From: Macrostomum lignano
Lineage: Eukaryota
Reading direction: 5' to 3'
DNA length: 59,036 nt
Assembly (NCBI GenBank): GCA_002269645.1
Contig: NIVC01004125.1
Location: forward strand, 1 to 59,036
The position numbers and the translations under genes are program-made. This document shows, piece by piece, positions 34,289-45,175 of this stretch (its first letter is position 1; every line of letters begins with the position of its first letter). The notes beneath the pieces are model-generated. The model had not been told where the DNA came from. It worked only from the letters and a program-made list of their open reading frames with translations, and did not search any database.

Positions 34289-35144
34289 TGAGGAAGATCT
34301 GCGGATAAAAGCATTGAGAGGAATACGAGTAGAAGCAAGGAAGTCCAACAGCACAAATATTTCATCCAGGTTACTTGTAGCGAAGTCAAATTTAGACCTT
34401 ATTTAGTTGCTAAAATTAGAGCTTTCGACTTTGAGTTGAAAATCGACTGTACATTGAGGCTACGCTTATGTGTACATTCAGTACTCGCGAAGAGTGTACG
34501 AGTAGTTCATTCCCTGAGGATGCACTGTCTCGTAAGTCGAGCTCATAACCCAATACGTGGCCAAACTTTCGTGGACATTTCATTTTGTTAGCACAATCTT
34601 TTGACCCAAAATAGAATTTGATTGTTTAAACGCAGCGAATACCTTAGTTTCAGAGGGGGACCACAGAATATCAAAAATGATAATATCAAAAAAAATCATT
34701 ACCAAACTGTCTATATTGTACACAATGTGTCGAAATTACTTCTTTAGTACCGCTTTTCCTTAGAATACGGCACGCATTATTCTACTGTAAGTAGACTAAT
34801 TGTAGCAGTAGCGTGCGAACAATTTATTCAGTATTAAAAAGATATGAACGCCAGTACCTGTTGACAATTAATGACTTAGCACCTGTCCCCCAAGGCGCTG
34901 CTACACCCAGATTCAAGAGTGTACAGGAATGGCCTGGCAGAACTGTACAGCCAGTGAGTGTACATTGAAAGCCTGTATTTCTAATGCACGCAGTGCATTG
35001 AAAAGAAACTCTCTCTATCCCCAGCCAGCGATAAAGCCACATTGCATTGCCGGTTTTTTCAGTAGCTGGCGAAGAAAGCGGGAAAGGCCAAGAGAGCCGA
35101 AATAAAACAATAACCGGAATTATTAAAATTGCTGCTCAATCTCT

Positions 35145-38100
35145 ATGCTGCGCATTGGAATTGACGTTGGCGGCACCAACACGGATGCTGCTCTGTTGAA
35201 GGCCGCAGAAAATAGCACCGGCCGGCCCGCTGTGAGTCCTGCTTGTACACTGTCGATTGTTAATGGGGGGGAGATAGAATATGCAGGAACAGACACATTG
35301 TAGTTGTATGCATAGCCACCTAATAGCCTGCTGACGTGTAGATACGAAGGCGAAAAAGTACTTCTAGTCACCTATATTGATGGTCATTAATAGACCTTTG
35401 AACTGGAGGTCTGCCGAACCTTCCTGTGGGGGAAGACACCGAAGACGCCTTGTGACCCGGAGGAATCTGATGAGCTGTTGGGATGTTTTTGGTCGGGTCG
35501 GCGCGCTTCTTCGATAGATGGGTTCAGCTAGAGGTGATGAAGGTTTTCATTTTTTAGGTTGCAAAACTGACACAGCTTGCTCTCCTCGGTCGCTTCCTCG
35601 GAGGAAATTGTGTTTGGTAATGCAGCCATAAACTATGAGAGTCATGGTGAGGACCCGGTTGTGTCCGTTGGTTTTGATTCAAAAGGACCTTCTGGAGACG
35701 GTGCGATGGGTTCGGAACTGCCACTTAATATTTGGCGCTTGTTCACCAGCAAGGTTTTGCTACATGATTGATAACTGAGCGGGCAATCTAGTTTGGGCCA
35801 GGGAAGGAGCTGGAGGCATACCTGAGACGATTGAGGATCTCGAGTCAAGCCAGTTAATTACCCATTAGCCTTGAGTAACCTTGGTCTGCTGGAAAGTCAC
35901 CTTTATCTCTACCTGCGGATAGACGAGTTATCTGATACAGAACCCTAAATACTTGCTGCATAAAAACTGCTCTTTGACTTTGAACAGATCCTGCGCAGTG
36001 TCAAGACGCCAACAACTGACGACGTAACCGGAGGCGTCCGTCAGGCTCTGCGCGAAGTACTGCAAATCGGCTCTCCCGATGAAGTCAAGGAGCCTGTGCA
36101 GCTCGTCAGCATCGGCACCACGCACCTCATCAATGCTGTCTTGCAGCGTCGCGGCCTCGCCAAGATCTGCGTCGTCCGACTGGGCCGGCCAAGCACGGCT
36201 GCTGTACCGCCGTTCTCTGATTGGCCAGAGGACCTGCGGCAGGCGGTCCGTTGCCGCTGGCTGCTCGCTGACGGAGGCTACAATTATGATGGCGAGACTG
36301 TCATCACTGAGCCGAACGAGGCGCAGGTGAGCTGTCATGGAAAATATTCCTCAGCAAAATATGTGAATTTCAGAGTATTCTAAGCACTAAATGAAAATAT
36401 GCATAAATTGGGGTTGTAGCCTAGTGGTTACAGCGTCGGAATCACAACTTGAAGGTCGGGGGTTCCATTCCCGATCCCACTGGAACAATTTGTGTCCTTG
36501 AGCAAGACACTTACTCTGCATTGCTTCAGTTCACCCAGCTGTAAAATGGGTGCCCGCATTAGCTGGGATAATTAAGGGCGTGTTGCGACCTTCCCGTCCT
36601 TGGACTGAACAGCCGTACGCAGCCTTGAGATATGCCGCGCAATAGCTGCGGCTGAGCTGTCAGTTGCATATCTGGCCATTAGTGCAAACTGGCCTCTATC
36701 TCTATATGGTTACAGTAAGTTGTTATGTATTTCTCAACCCTTGCAGATAAAGGAATTCGCCAGGTCAACCAGCGCCGAAACTGGCTGCCGACGATTTGTA
36801 GTTGTGGGAGTCTTCGCTCCGGTGAGGCCAGACCAGGAGCTGCAAGCAGGCCGCTGGATCAGAGAGGCGGTGCCGGGCGCCAGCCTCACCCTGTCCCACC
36901 AGGTGGCTGGCAGTCTGGGTCTACTCGAGCGCGAGAACGCATCAGTGCTGAACGAGTGCCTGAAACCAGCCTGTGCGAGGGCGATTCGCGCATTCCAGGC
37001 TGCCATGACCGAAGTCGGATTGGCCTGTCCGCTGGTGCTGACGCTCAGCGACGGCACGGTGGCTACCGCACCGGACTGCCTCGACCGGCCCGTATCGATG
37101 CTGGGCTCCGGACCAACGAACAGCATGCGCGGGGCCGCATTTCTCACGGGCCTGTCCGATGCTATCGTTGCCGACATTGGAGGCACGACCACGGACATTG
37201 GCCTGCTTGTAGGAGGCTTTCCGAAGCCGGCCGCTGTCCGAGTTCGCATTGCGGGAGTGGCGACCAACTTCACCCAACCTGACGTCACATCGATTGCGCT
37301 CGGTGGAGGGTCCATCGTGACGGCTGGCCTGACTGGTGAATCGCCTTCTGTTGGTCCGCAGTCTGTGGGCTACAAACTCATAAAGGAAGCTCTGGTCTTC
37401 GGAGGGAACATCCCTACCGTAACTGATGCCGCCGTTGCTTCCTCGCCTCACGACGTGCAGGTGGGCGACGCTGATCGCCTCAGAGCTCGGCTCGCTGATG
37501 CAAACGAAGAGTCGCAGTCACTGAGTCGTCTGCTCAGGGCGGCCTACTCGATAGCTCTAACTAGCTTGGAGGCCGCTGTAGACGCCGCCCGTGTATCGAG
37601 TGCTCAGATGCCCGTCGTGCTGGTTGGAGGTGGCGCGGCTCTATTCTCGGGCGCCCGAAGCCTGGCCGGAATGCCGGTGCAAGTTCCCGCCGACGCCGGA
37701 GTGGCGAACGCGCTGGGCGCAGGTCTCTGCCAAGTAAGTGGCAACGTTGAGGCTACGTTGAATCTGGCGGATCCAGCCGAGCGAAAAGCCCGCCTAGACG
37801 AAGTCAAGGCTGCCGCTGTTGACGCAGCCGTTTCAAGAGGATCGGTGCGCTCTTCGACGCAACTAAAGGAACTACACGAGGTCCAGCTGCCCTATGTGCC
37901 AGGTGGTGCTTGTCGTGTCTCAGCCAGGGCTATTGGGGAGCTTGATATCTCTGCTGCTGCTCGTCTGAGCTTGCAGGTAAATGCGCATGCTGACGGTGCT
38001 GATGCCTCAGTTTTATCGGAGGAGGAGAGCGGTACCGCTGCCAAACAAGCTTCACGCAGTACCTGTGTGCCTGTGCCAGCACAGCGCGAGTTTGATGACC

Positions 38101-39320
38101 AAGGCGATTGGCTTCTCAGTGACTACGACACTCACTGTCTGAGCGTGGGCGCCGGGCTTATAGGTTGCGGGGGAGGCGGCAGCCCCTACGTCGGCCGGCT
38201 GATGCTCAACTGTCTGATGGAGAACGGTCATCGGCCTCGCATAGTGAAACTCGACCGAATGCTTGAGCTCAACGGAGCGGAAGGCCTGGTTGCCCTCCCT
38301 GGCTTTGTGGGCTCGCCGACAGTCTGCAATGAAAAAATCACTTCCGGTTTAGAGACAGCAACAGCCATTCGGCTCGTCCACCTGGCTGACGAGCTGCGTC
38401 GGCAGAAACCTGAGCAGCAGCTGCACTTTGTCGAAAGCTGCGATGCACTCGGTGGCGGTGAGGTCAAATGGGATGAAAAAATTGTCGGTGTAGCCTCCTT
38501 GGAGATCGGGGGATTAAACAGCATTGAGCCTCTGGTGGTAGCGGCTAAACTTGGTCTGCCCGTACTCGACATGGACGGCATGGGCCGGGCATTCCCGGAG
38601 CTGCAGATGGTTCTGCCGATGATTGGCGGTTGTCCAGCGGCCCCGGCTGCAATTGGCGATGAGTTCGAGCGAGGTGCCGTCATTGTCGAGTGTGATAGCG
38701 CCAAGGAGCTGGAGACGCACTTCCGCAGTGTCTGCGTCCAGCGTGGCTGTTCGGTTGGTATTGCGATGCCTCCACTGAAGCTGCAGCAGTGCAGAGAGCA
38801 CCTGCTGCCTGGCAGCTACACCAGAGCCTGGCGTCTCGGCGACGGCATCCTGCGAGCTCGTGCGGCCAAGACGGATCCAGTGGAAACCGCGCGCAGTTTG
38901 CTGAACGGTCGCGTGCTGTTGTCGCGCGGCAAGATTGCGGACGTCCGTCGAGTTACCAGCGGGGGATTCGCACGCGGCAGCCTGATTGTAGTTGAGGACA
39001 GGCGCGGAGAAAGCGAAGAGAGCGGCCTCGATGTGGAGTTCCAGAACGAGTACCTGCTCGTTAAGCGTCTGGGCGCGCCGGAAACTGAGGCACTGGCCTG
39101 CACACCGGACCTCATCATAGTGATGGACGCAGACTCCGGCGAGCCGGTAACGACAGAGGAGCTGCGCTACGGCCTCCGGGTAGCCGTGCTGGCTGCGCCG
39201 TGCCACCCGCGAATGGCGACGCCAGCCGCGCTCGCTGCCGTCGGGCCGCAGGCGTTCGGCTTCGACGGAATCAAGTACCGACCCTGCGCCGAGTATCGGC
39301 TCGATGCTGACGAAGCGTGA
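35145..39320 (+). CDS. Hydantoinase/oxoprolinase A-type domain fused to a C-terminal DUF917 domain, 999 aa
   Basis: Exons 35145-35231, 35988-36326, 36747-39320, all phase 0, no frameshift. Motifs GIDVGGTNTDA, VSIGTTHLINAV, GSGPTNSMRGA, DIGGTTTDIG, SIALGGGS and ANALGA mark hydantoinase A. GAGLIGCGGGGSPY, EIGGLNS, DMDGMGRAFPELQM, GKIADV, FQNEYL and PDLI...TTEELRYG mark DUF917. Confidence 0.9.
36410..36677 (+). mobile_element. SINE family A, intronic
   Basis: A-box TAGCCTAGTGG, B-box-like GGTTCCATTCC and CORE-like GTGTCCTTGAGCAAGACACTT...CACCCAGCTGTAAAATGGG; in intron 2 of the hydantoinase gene. Confidence 0.85.
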
Positions 39321-39732
39321 ACTCCTGGGCTTCTTGAAGCTTCTTGAAAACCAGCCAGTCTGGCAACCTAACGGACGATTGACTTTAAAATAGGACCTCC
39401 AAGTTGCGATGAAATATTCCAATTTTATTCAAGTTAAAACAATTCAAAATATTTAAATGTTTAAATATATTGCTGGATCAATATACGAGCTAAGTCTGAC
39501 TTAAGAATTGTTTCCGTTTTAGACAATAAAGAAGACAGCAAGACGCGAAAATGATTATAAAAATAAGAAATTGATGCCAGAAATTTGCACAATTTATTTA
39601 AAAGAGCAATACATCATAGTAGTCAAGGGACCGAACCCTGTGTCACAATGGCATCTAGCCTCCTGCGCAACTGTTCGCTAGGTGCTGACATCGGATGCTA
39701 ATGTTGGATGCCCGGAGTCCCGGACACCGGCC

Positions 39733-42700
39733 TCAGACGAGGCTGAAGCCCTCCGTCTCGTCGATTGCCAAGCAGCTTCTGGCGCAGGTCTCCCTGTCCG
39801 GGTAGCGCGGCAGGTCGAGCATGTTGTAGCAGGTGTGCGCCACCGGCAGACACCTGGGGCTGCAGTGGACCACCTGGATGCGCAGGCGAACTGCTGACAT
39901 TCCCTGCGTAGCGAGTAGGTTTTGGTTGGTAATCCTGGTTGAAGCAATGCACTGCTCTCAGGCTTCGGAAGCGCTCTGATGTACCAGTGGCCCAGGCTCG
40001 ATTCCAAGTGCAGTCACATTAATTTGGGGCTAAATTGGAATCTCGGCTTGGCTCTGCTTGTGAAATTAACGCCATTGAGGGCCAACCCCAAAGCACACTG
40101 AAGTGTACATGCCTAACGATAAATAAAGTTAGGGCCGCTGTACACTCCTGTGTGAGTGTGTGCCTGCGCGTATGACTGCGTACGTATCCGCGCGCTTGTG
40201 TGCCTGCTCAGGGGAGTCGGCGGAATGGCAGCAATGCCTCTTGCCGGTTGTGTGACAATGTCGCATAAAGTGCACCAGGGTGCACACAGCCCCTGCCTCC
40301 AATTAAAAAATTTTCCGAGACTTCATAAGCGCGAGCTCGTTATACTTATCGCCACTAAAGTAGGGACTCACCTGCACCGGCACGCGGTCGCTTCCCGTGA
40401 GGAAGCGCAAGAAGCGCCGCTTATTATCCTCGTCCAGATCCTGGTGAAACACCGACCAGAAGTTGGCGATGAGCTGCTGGTAATCCGGGCTGGGGTTCAC
40501 GTAATGGCCCCCTGCTCCAGCTGGTCCCAGTCGAAGCAGCCGCTCTCGCCATTGATGATCGCCTGCAGCTCCTGCGGCTCCAGCAGCGGCAGCACCGGGC
40601 TGCCGCAGGCGCGCTCGAATCCTGCCTGAAAAGCATCAAAGGCGTCGCGACAGCTGCGGTTCAGCACGAAGTCCACATAGGCGGACACGTAGGACTCTCG
40701 GTTGCCAAGGGTGACGCGGTCCTCCGGACTAGCCGACAGCGGCACGCGCTGCACGTGGTCGAACATTTTGGTCTCGATCTCGAAGTTCAACTCGAGTTCT
40801 TCCACTGAGTTCGCCGTCTCCGCATCAAGCAGCGACTGCAGGCTGTTCCCCACGGTCGGGTCGAGCTCTTTGAGGTCGTCAAGAGCAACCGGCTGTCGCA
40901 GAAGCTTCTTGAAGAGAGCCATCGGGAACGGCACAGCGGCCAGGATGCTGTTGTAGATTGCCAGGCCCAGCAGTGTTCCGATGAGGCTGAAGTTCTCGGG
41001 GCACTCCAGCGTGCTGTGGTTGAACCAGACAAGATTCGAGTCAAAGCAAGTGAACATGCCGTACACGGGGTCAAGGATCTGGCGAAAGATCAACAGAAAG
41101 AATTCTTTTGTTAGGCCACCCTCGTCAACGGCTTCTTCGCCCTTGAAGGTGATCCGAAGCGGCTTCTTCAGCTCGGCCGGGTGGCAGCTGCTGAGGCTGA
41201 CTACTGCATCCTGGATCAAGGCCTGCCGCGCCACCCGCAGCACTAGGAAGGGGCTACGCATGTCAAAGATTGCGCCGAACGTAAAACCCTGAAATAGGTT
41301 AAACATCATCGCCTCGCGAAAGGCCTGCTCCATCTGCATCCGAGCGTCAACCTTCAGCAGCTCCATCTTGGCGTGACTGTCGAACACGAATGGATATTTG
41401 AGAAAGCTAAACTGGTTCCGGTTTTCCGTCCAGGCGCGGTAGTCCTTCTCCAGGGGCACCCGGTCGCGAATTTCCGCGAGGTGAAACGAAGATGCGGGCA
41501 GGCGATCGCGTCGGTCACTGTTGAGGGCGTGCAATCGCTTCAGAAAGTCCAGGCACGGTCGGAGACGCCGGATCCGCTGCTCGTCTGCGTCGACTTTTGC
41601 AGCCTCATTTGCCTCACCATTGGCGTCGCAGTCGCTGGACGCGAGCAGGTGCTGAGCAGCCCGGATCAGGCAGCGCACCAGGCGGGCAAAGTGGCGAAGC
41701 CGGAGCTCCATGATCCAACTCAGCAGGACAGTCATCAGAGGTCGCGGTAGTCGGAGCACCAGCTCTGCCAAGGCCGGCTGCAGCGGTCCCGGTGACTCGA
41801 ACTCCGGACTGAGCGGCAGAAGCAGCAACAGACGAAGGCATTCGGCGTCTGCCAGGTGGGCTTCTTCGCGTTCTGTCAAGTCCGTTAGAAGCTCGGTCTG
41901 CGCCGCCAGCAGCTCCTGGCGTCTCTCCGGGTTACTGACCGCAGCTGCGCCCAGCCGTTTCTGCAGAAACTCGGCCGCTGCGTCGAGGTCGAGGCCATGC
42001 CAGCCCGGCCGAGGATTCTCGTGTTCAATATCGGGGAGCAGGAAGGCGCGGGCGTAGGCAGCGGGACACGCGGCGATGGCCAAACAGCCCGGCCAGTCAC
42101 CGTCGGGATCGCACGAGTCGAGCGACAAAAGGCCCTCCGGGATGGATGACTTTGCGGCCATCGGAGGCCCGCCGACTCGTAAGAATGCACGCCACCGCCA
42201 GCGGAAACATCAACGTCACCTGCACCGCCTGGGCCCAGGGTCAACGGCCAGGGTTTATTGCGACGCTAGCTGAGGGACCAACAGTACCAAATGCGTAAAC
42301 CCGGCCTCCTTGACAGCTGGCGTACGTGACTGAGGTGCCGCAGTCGGCGGTTACCACCCGAGAGCCCATCAGCTCCGCAACCTGTCGCGGTAGCGACTCG
42401 CTGGAGTTGCTTCCGTGGCCCAGCTGCCGAGGTCGCCGGCGCCAAATGTAAAGAGGCCGCCATCAGCAGTGACGGCAGCGGTGTGCTCGTGCCCGCAGGC
42501 AATCCGACGCACCCGTCGGTTGCGCAGGGCGGAGCACTCGAGCGGCCGGGTAGCAAAAGCGAGCAAAAGGCCCTCCGGGATGGATACTTTAAGAATCGCA
42601 CGGCCCGCCGACTCCAGCGGAAAAGAATGCACGCCCACCGCCAGCGCAAACATCAACGTCACCTCAACACCGCCAGGGTGGGCCCAGGGTCAACGGCCAG

Positions 42701-43888
42701 GGTTTATTGCGACGCTAGCTGAGGGACCAACAGTACCAAATGCGTAAACCCGGCCTCCTTGACAGCTGGCGTACGTGACTGAGGTGCCGCAGTCGGCGGT
42801 TACCACCCGAGAGCCCATCAGCTCCGCAACCTGTCGCGGTAGCGACTCGCTGGAGTTGCTTCCGTGGCCCAGCTGCCCGAGGTCGCCGGCGCCAAATGTA
42901 AAGAGGCCGCCATCAGCAGTGACGGCAGCGGTGTGCTCGTGCCCGCAGGCAATCCGACGCACCCGTCGGTTGCGCAGGGCGGAGCACTCGACTGGTAGCG
43001 GCCGGGTAGCATTTCCGTCCTCGTGCCGCATCCGAGCTGGCCGCGGTCATTGGAGCCCCAGGCCAGAAGGACAGCGCTGTGCGACAATACAAAGCTGTGC
43101 CGCCCACCGCAAGCGATCTGGCGGACTGGCAGACCGCCAAGGCGGCGCACTGGCGCCAGTCCGGAGCCGGTCTGACAGTGGCCGCGGCCCAGCTGGCCAT
43201 GCGAGTTGTCGCCGAACGCAAATACCTGGTGGTCTGCGGTGAGCACCAAGCTGTGGCCGCCTCCAGCAGCCACCAAAACCGCCCGGTGACCCATCAGGGG
43301 GGTCACCGGCCCTACTCTGAGCGAGCCACCGCCGCCTGACCCATCGTCCGCTCTGGGGCCCAGTTGGCCGCAGGAGTTGCTGCCCCACGCTAAGACCTGG
43401 CCTTCCGAAGTCAGCGCCAGCGAGTGCCGTCCACCGGCCTCCAGCTGCGTCACTCGACTCGACGTTGCCAGCGACTTGGCGAGACCCGGCACTGGCGCGA
43501 ACTCTTCGTCCTCGCCGTCGCCACTGCGGGACAGTGCGCTGCCGTCAGATGTCAAGAGCAGACAGTGACTGTCACCAGCTGCCACTGTGAGAACAGCAGC
43601 CGCCAATGTCGGTTTCAGGGCCACTTCGGTTGGCAGAGCCTGCCACGAGGTACGCGAGTCGTTAGCCGGGGACTTGGAGAGCGGCTCGCCAACCATCAGA
43701 AGCTTCGGTGTAGAATGCTGAGGTTCGCTTGTCCTGATGCTCTGCTTGGGAGCTGGCGGTTTTTTCCGGGTTGGCTGCTGATCAGAGAGTTTGCCACCAC
43801 TCTGCTGCGTTGACTTTGGCAGTAGTTTCCGCGAATCAGTTTGCTGTAGCAGTGGCTGCTTCGGGCGAGCCTTCTCGGCGCTGTCCAT
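39733..43888 (-). CDS. HERC4: Small HERC-type E3 ubiquitin ligase (RCC1 repeats + HECT), HERC3/4-like
   Basis: Exons ~43888-40372 and 39903-39733 (phase 0, PVQ|GMS). RCC1 repeats (AAGDSHCL, AGGRHSL, WGSNSCGQLG, FGDNSHGQLG). HECT motifs YPFVFD, LKKPLRITFKGEEAVDEGGLTKEFF, FLRFLTGSDRVP and catalytic AHTCYN. Several small frameshifts and a ~450-bp internal duplication. The symbol names the closest vertebrate type, not proven orthology. Confidence 0.88.
39971..40310 (+). mobile_element. SINE family B (slightly 5'-truncated), in last HERC intron
   Basis: Matches 18764-19065 and 52591-52950; ends in an A-rich tail AATTAAAAAA. Confidence 0.85.
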
Positions 43889-44629
43889 AGCTTGGATGTT
43901 GGATGCACTTATAAAATCACCGCGACCCGACGGCGGTCTTTCCAGCTTGTCCCCCTGTCGATTCAGGTAAGCCCTACTCAGGCTCTAGCTTGTGTTAGCA
44001 TAAAAAACTTTTCTCGCTTTATACTGTGGACTGGCTGTGAAGCTGTACGAGTCGTTATAGCAGCCATTTTTGTTGAACGGCTCTCTGTACTCTCAGGCAG
44101 CGCGCGGCCGCTCAACTCTGCCCTCGGCGCGCCCATCCCCCTTCCCCGTGCAGCCCCACCCCAACCCCCGATAGCCCGGCGCACGGGGCGAGAATTTCAT
44201 AACCGCGCGCGCTCCCCGACGTTGCCCGGACAGACACACTCACCTAAAACTATGCTGTAGACAAAGTACACGCTAGATAAAGATAGTAAGCACTGACTTC
44301 TGCGCGCAGTTACTACCCCATTACTTGCCACCAAGCAAGTACACGAACTCAACTGCAGGACAGGGAGGTTGCAATTTTCCAAGACCTCCTGCACCCAATT
44401 CCTCTGCCTTTTCATGCCATCAAGGACGCTTGACTACAAATCTGTTCCGAGAGGTAATGCGCTTCTAACTAACAGGCCTGCTCAAGAAACAAGCTTAACA
44501 TTCTCACGTAGATGCAATAAGCAAACTGCAGGTACTGTAAATGCATGTACGTGCGTTTCAAACTCCTAAGCATAAATATGATGCAGTACAGATTCATCGA
44601 GTACATACACGTACGACTGTTCAGTGAGC

Positions 44630-44695
44630 TAATGCTGGCACCCATTTTACAGCTGGGTGAACTGTAGCAATGCAGAGTTAAATGTCTTGCTCAGG
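44630..44695 (-). mobile_element. SINE family A internal fragment
   Basis: GCTAATGCTGGCACCCATTTTACAGCTGGGTGAACTG...GTCTTGCTCA matches copies at 5064 and 23494. Confidence 0.75.
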
Positions 44696-45175
44696 AATTT
44701 TTTAAACCTGACTACTCGTAGTAGCAATAAACAAATTAAAAAAAAACTCGCATCGTTGCGAAACAGTTGCAGAAAATTTATTCAAAACGACCAAGTCTAC
44801 AGGACTAACGCCTTTCTTTGGTTAATATTAACTTATTTTATTAAGGAATAAAAACTGGACCGACACTACTACTAGAAGCCAAGAGAAGTGAGTAGCAGCG
44901 ACTGCATTTTTACAGAAAAATTAGATATGCGTCTTTTCAACAGCTGGTGCAGTCAAAAAGACGAGATCAATTTGCAATTACGGTAAAGTCCATCGCAAGA
45001 CCTACCGAGTGCTTGCTAGACCGGGGGTCACAGCCTCAGTACGGTCACCCGCCCGCATCTTTAGTTCAGTCTGGAGTTCGAACTGCAGCGATTGTGCATG
45101 GTCTACAATAATATTGCACAACAGTAAAAAACACGTGTGTTGAAAAACGGAGCAGAGACACTTCAGAGCCTCCGA

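Noticed and set aside
36410-36485. Standalone tRNA genes at the SINE heads (also 18764 and 52591)
   Set aside because: A and B boxes are present, but I could not fold a proper cloverleaf, and each continues into a shared repeat body. These are SINEs, not tRNAs.
35145-39320. Bacterial contaminant contig as the source of the hydantoinase gene
   Set aside because: Two phase-correct spliceosomal introns, one containing a host SINE, and continuity with animal genes.
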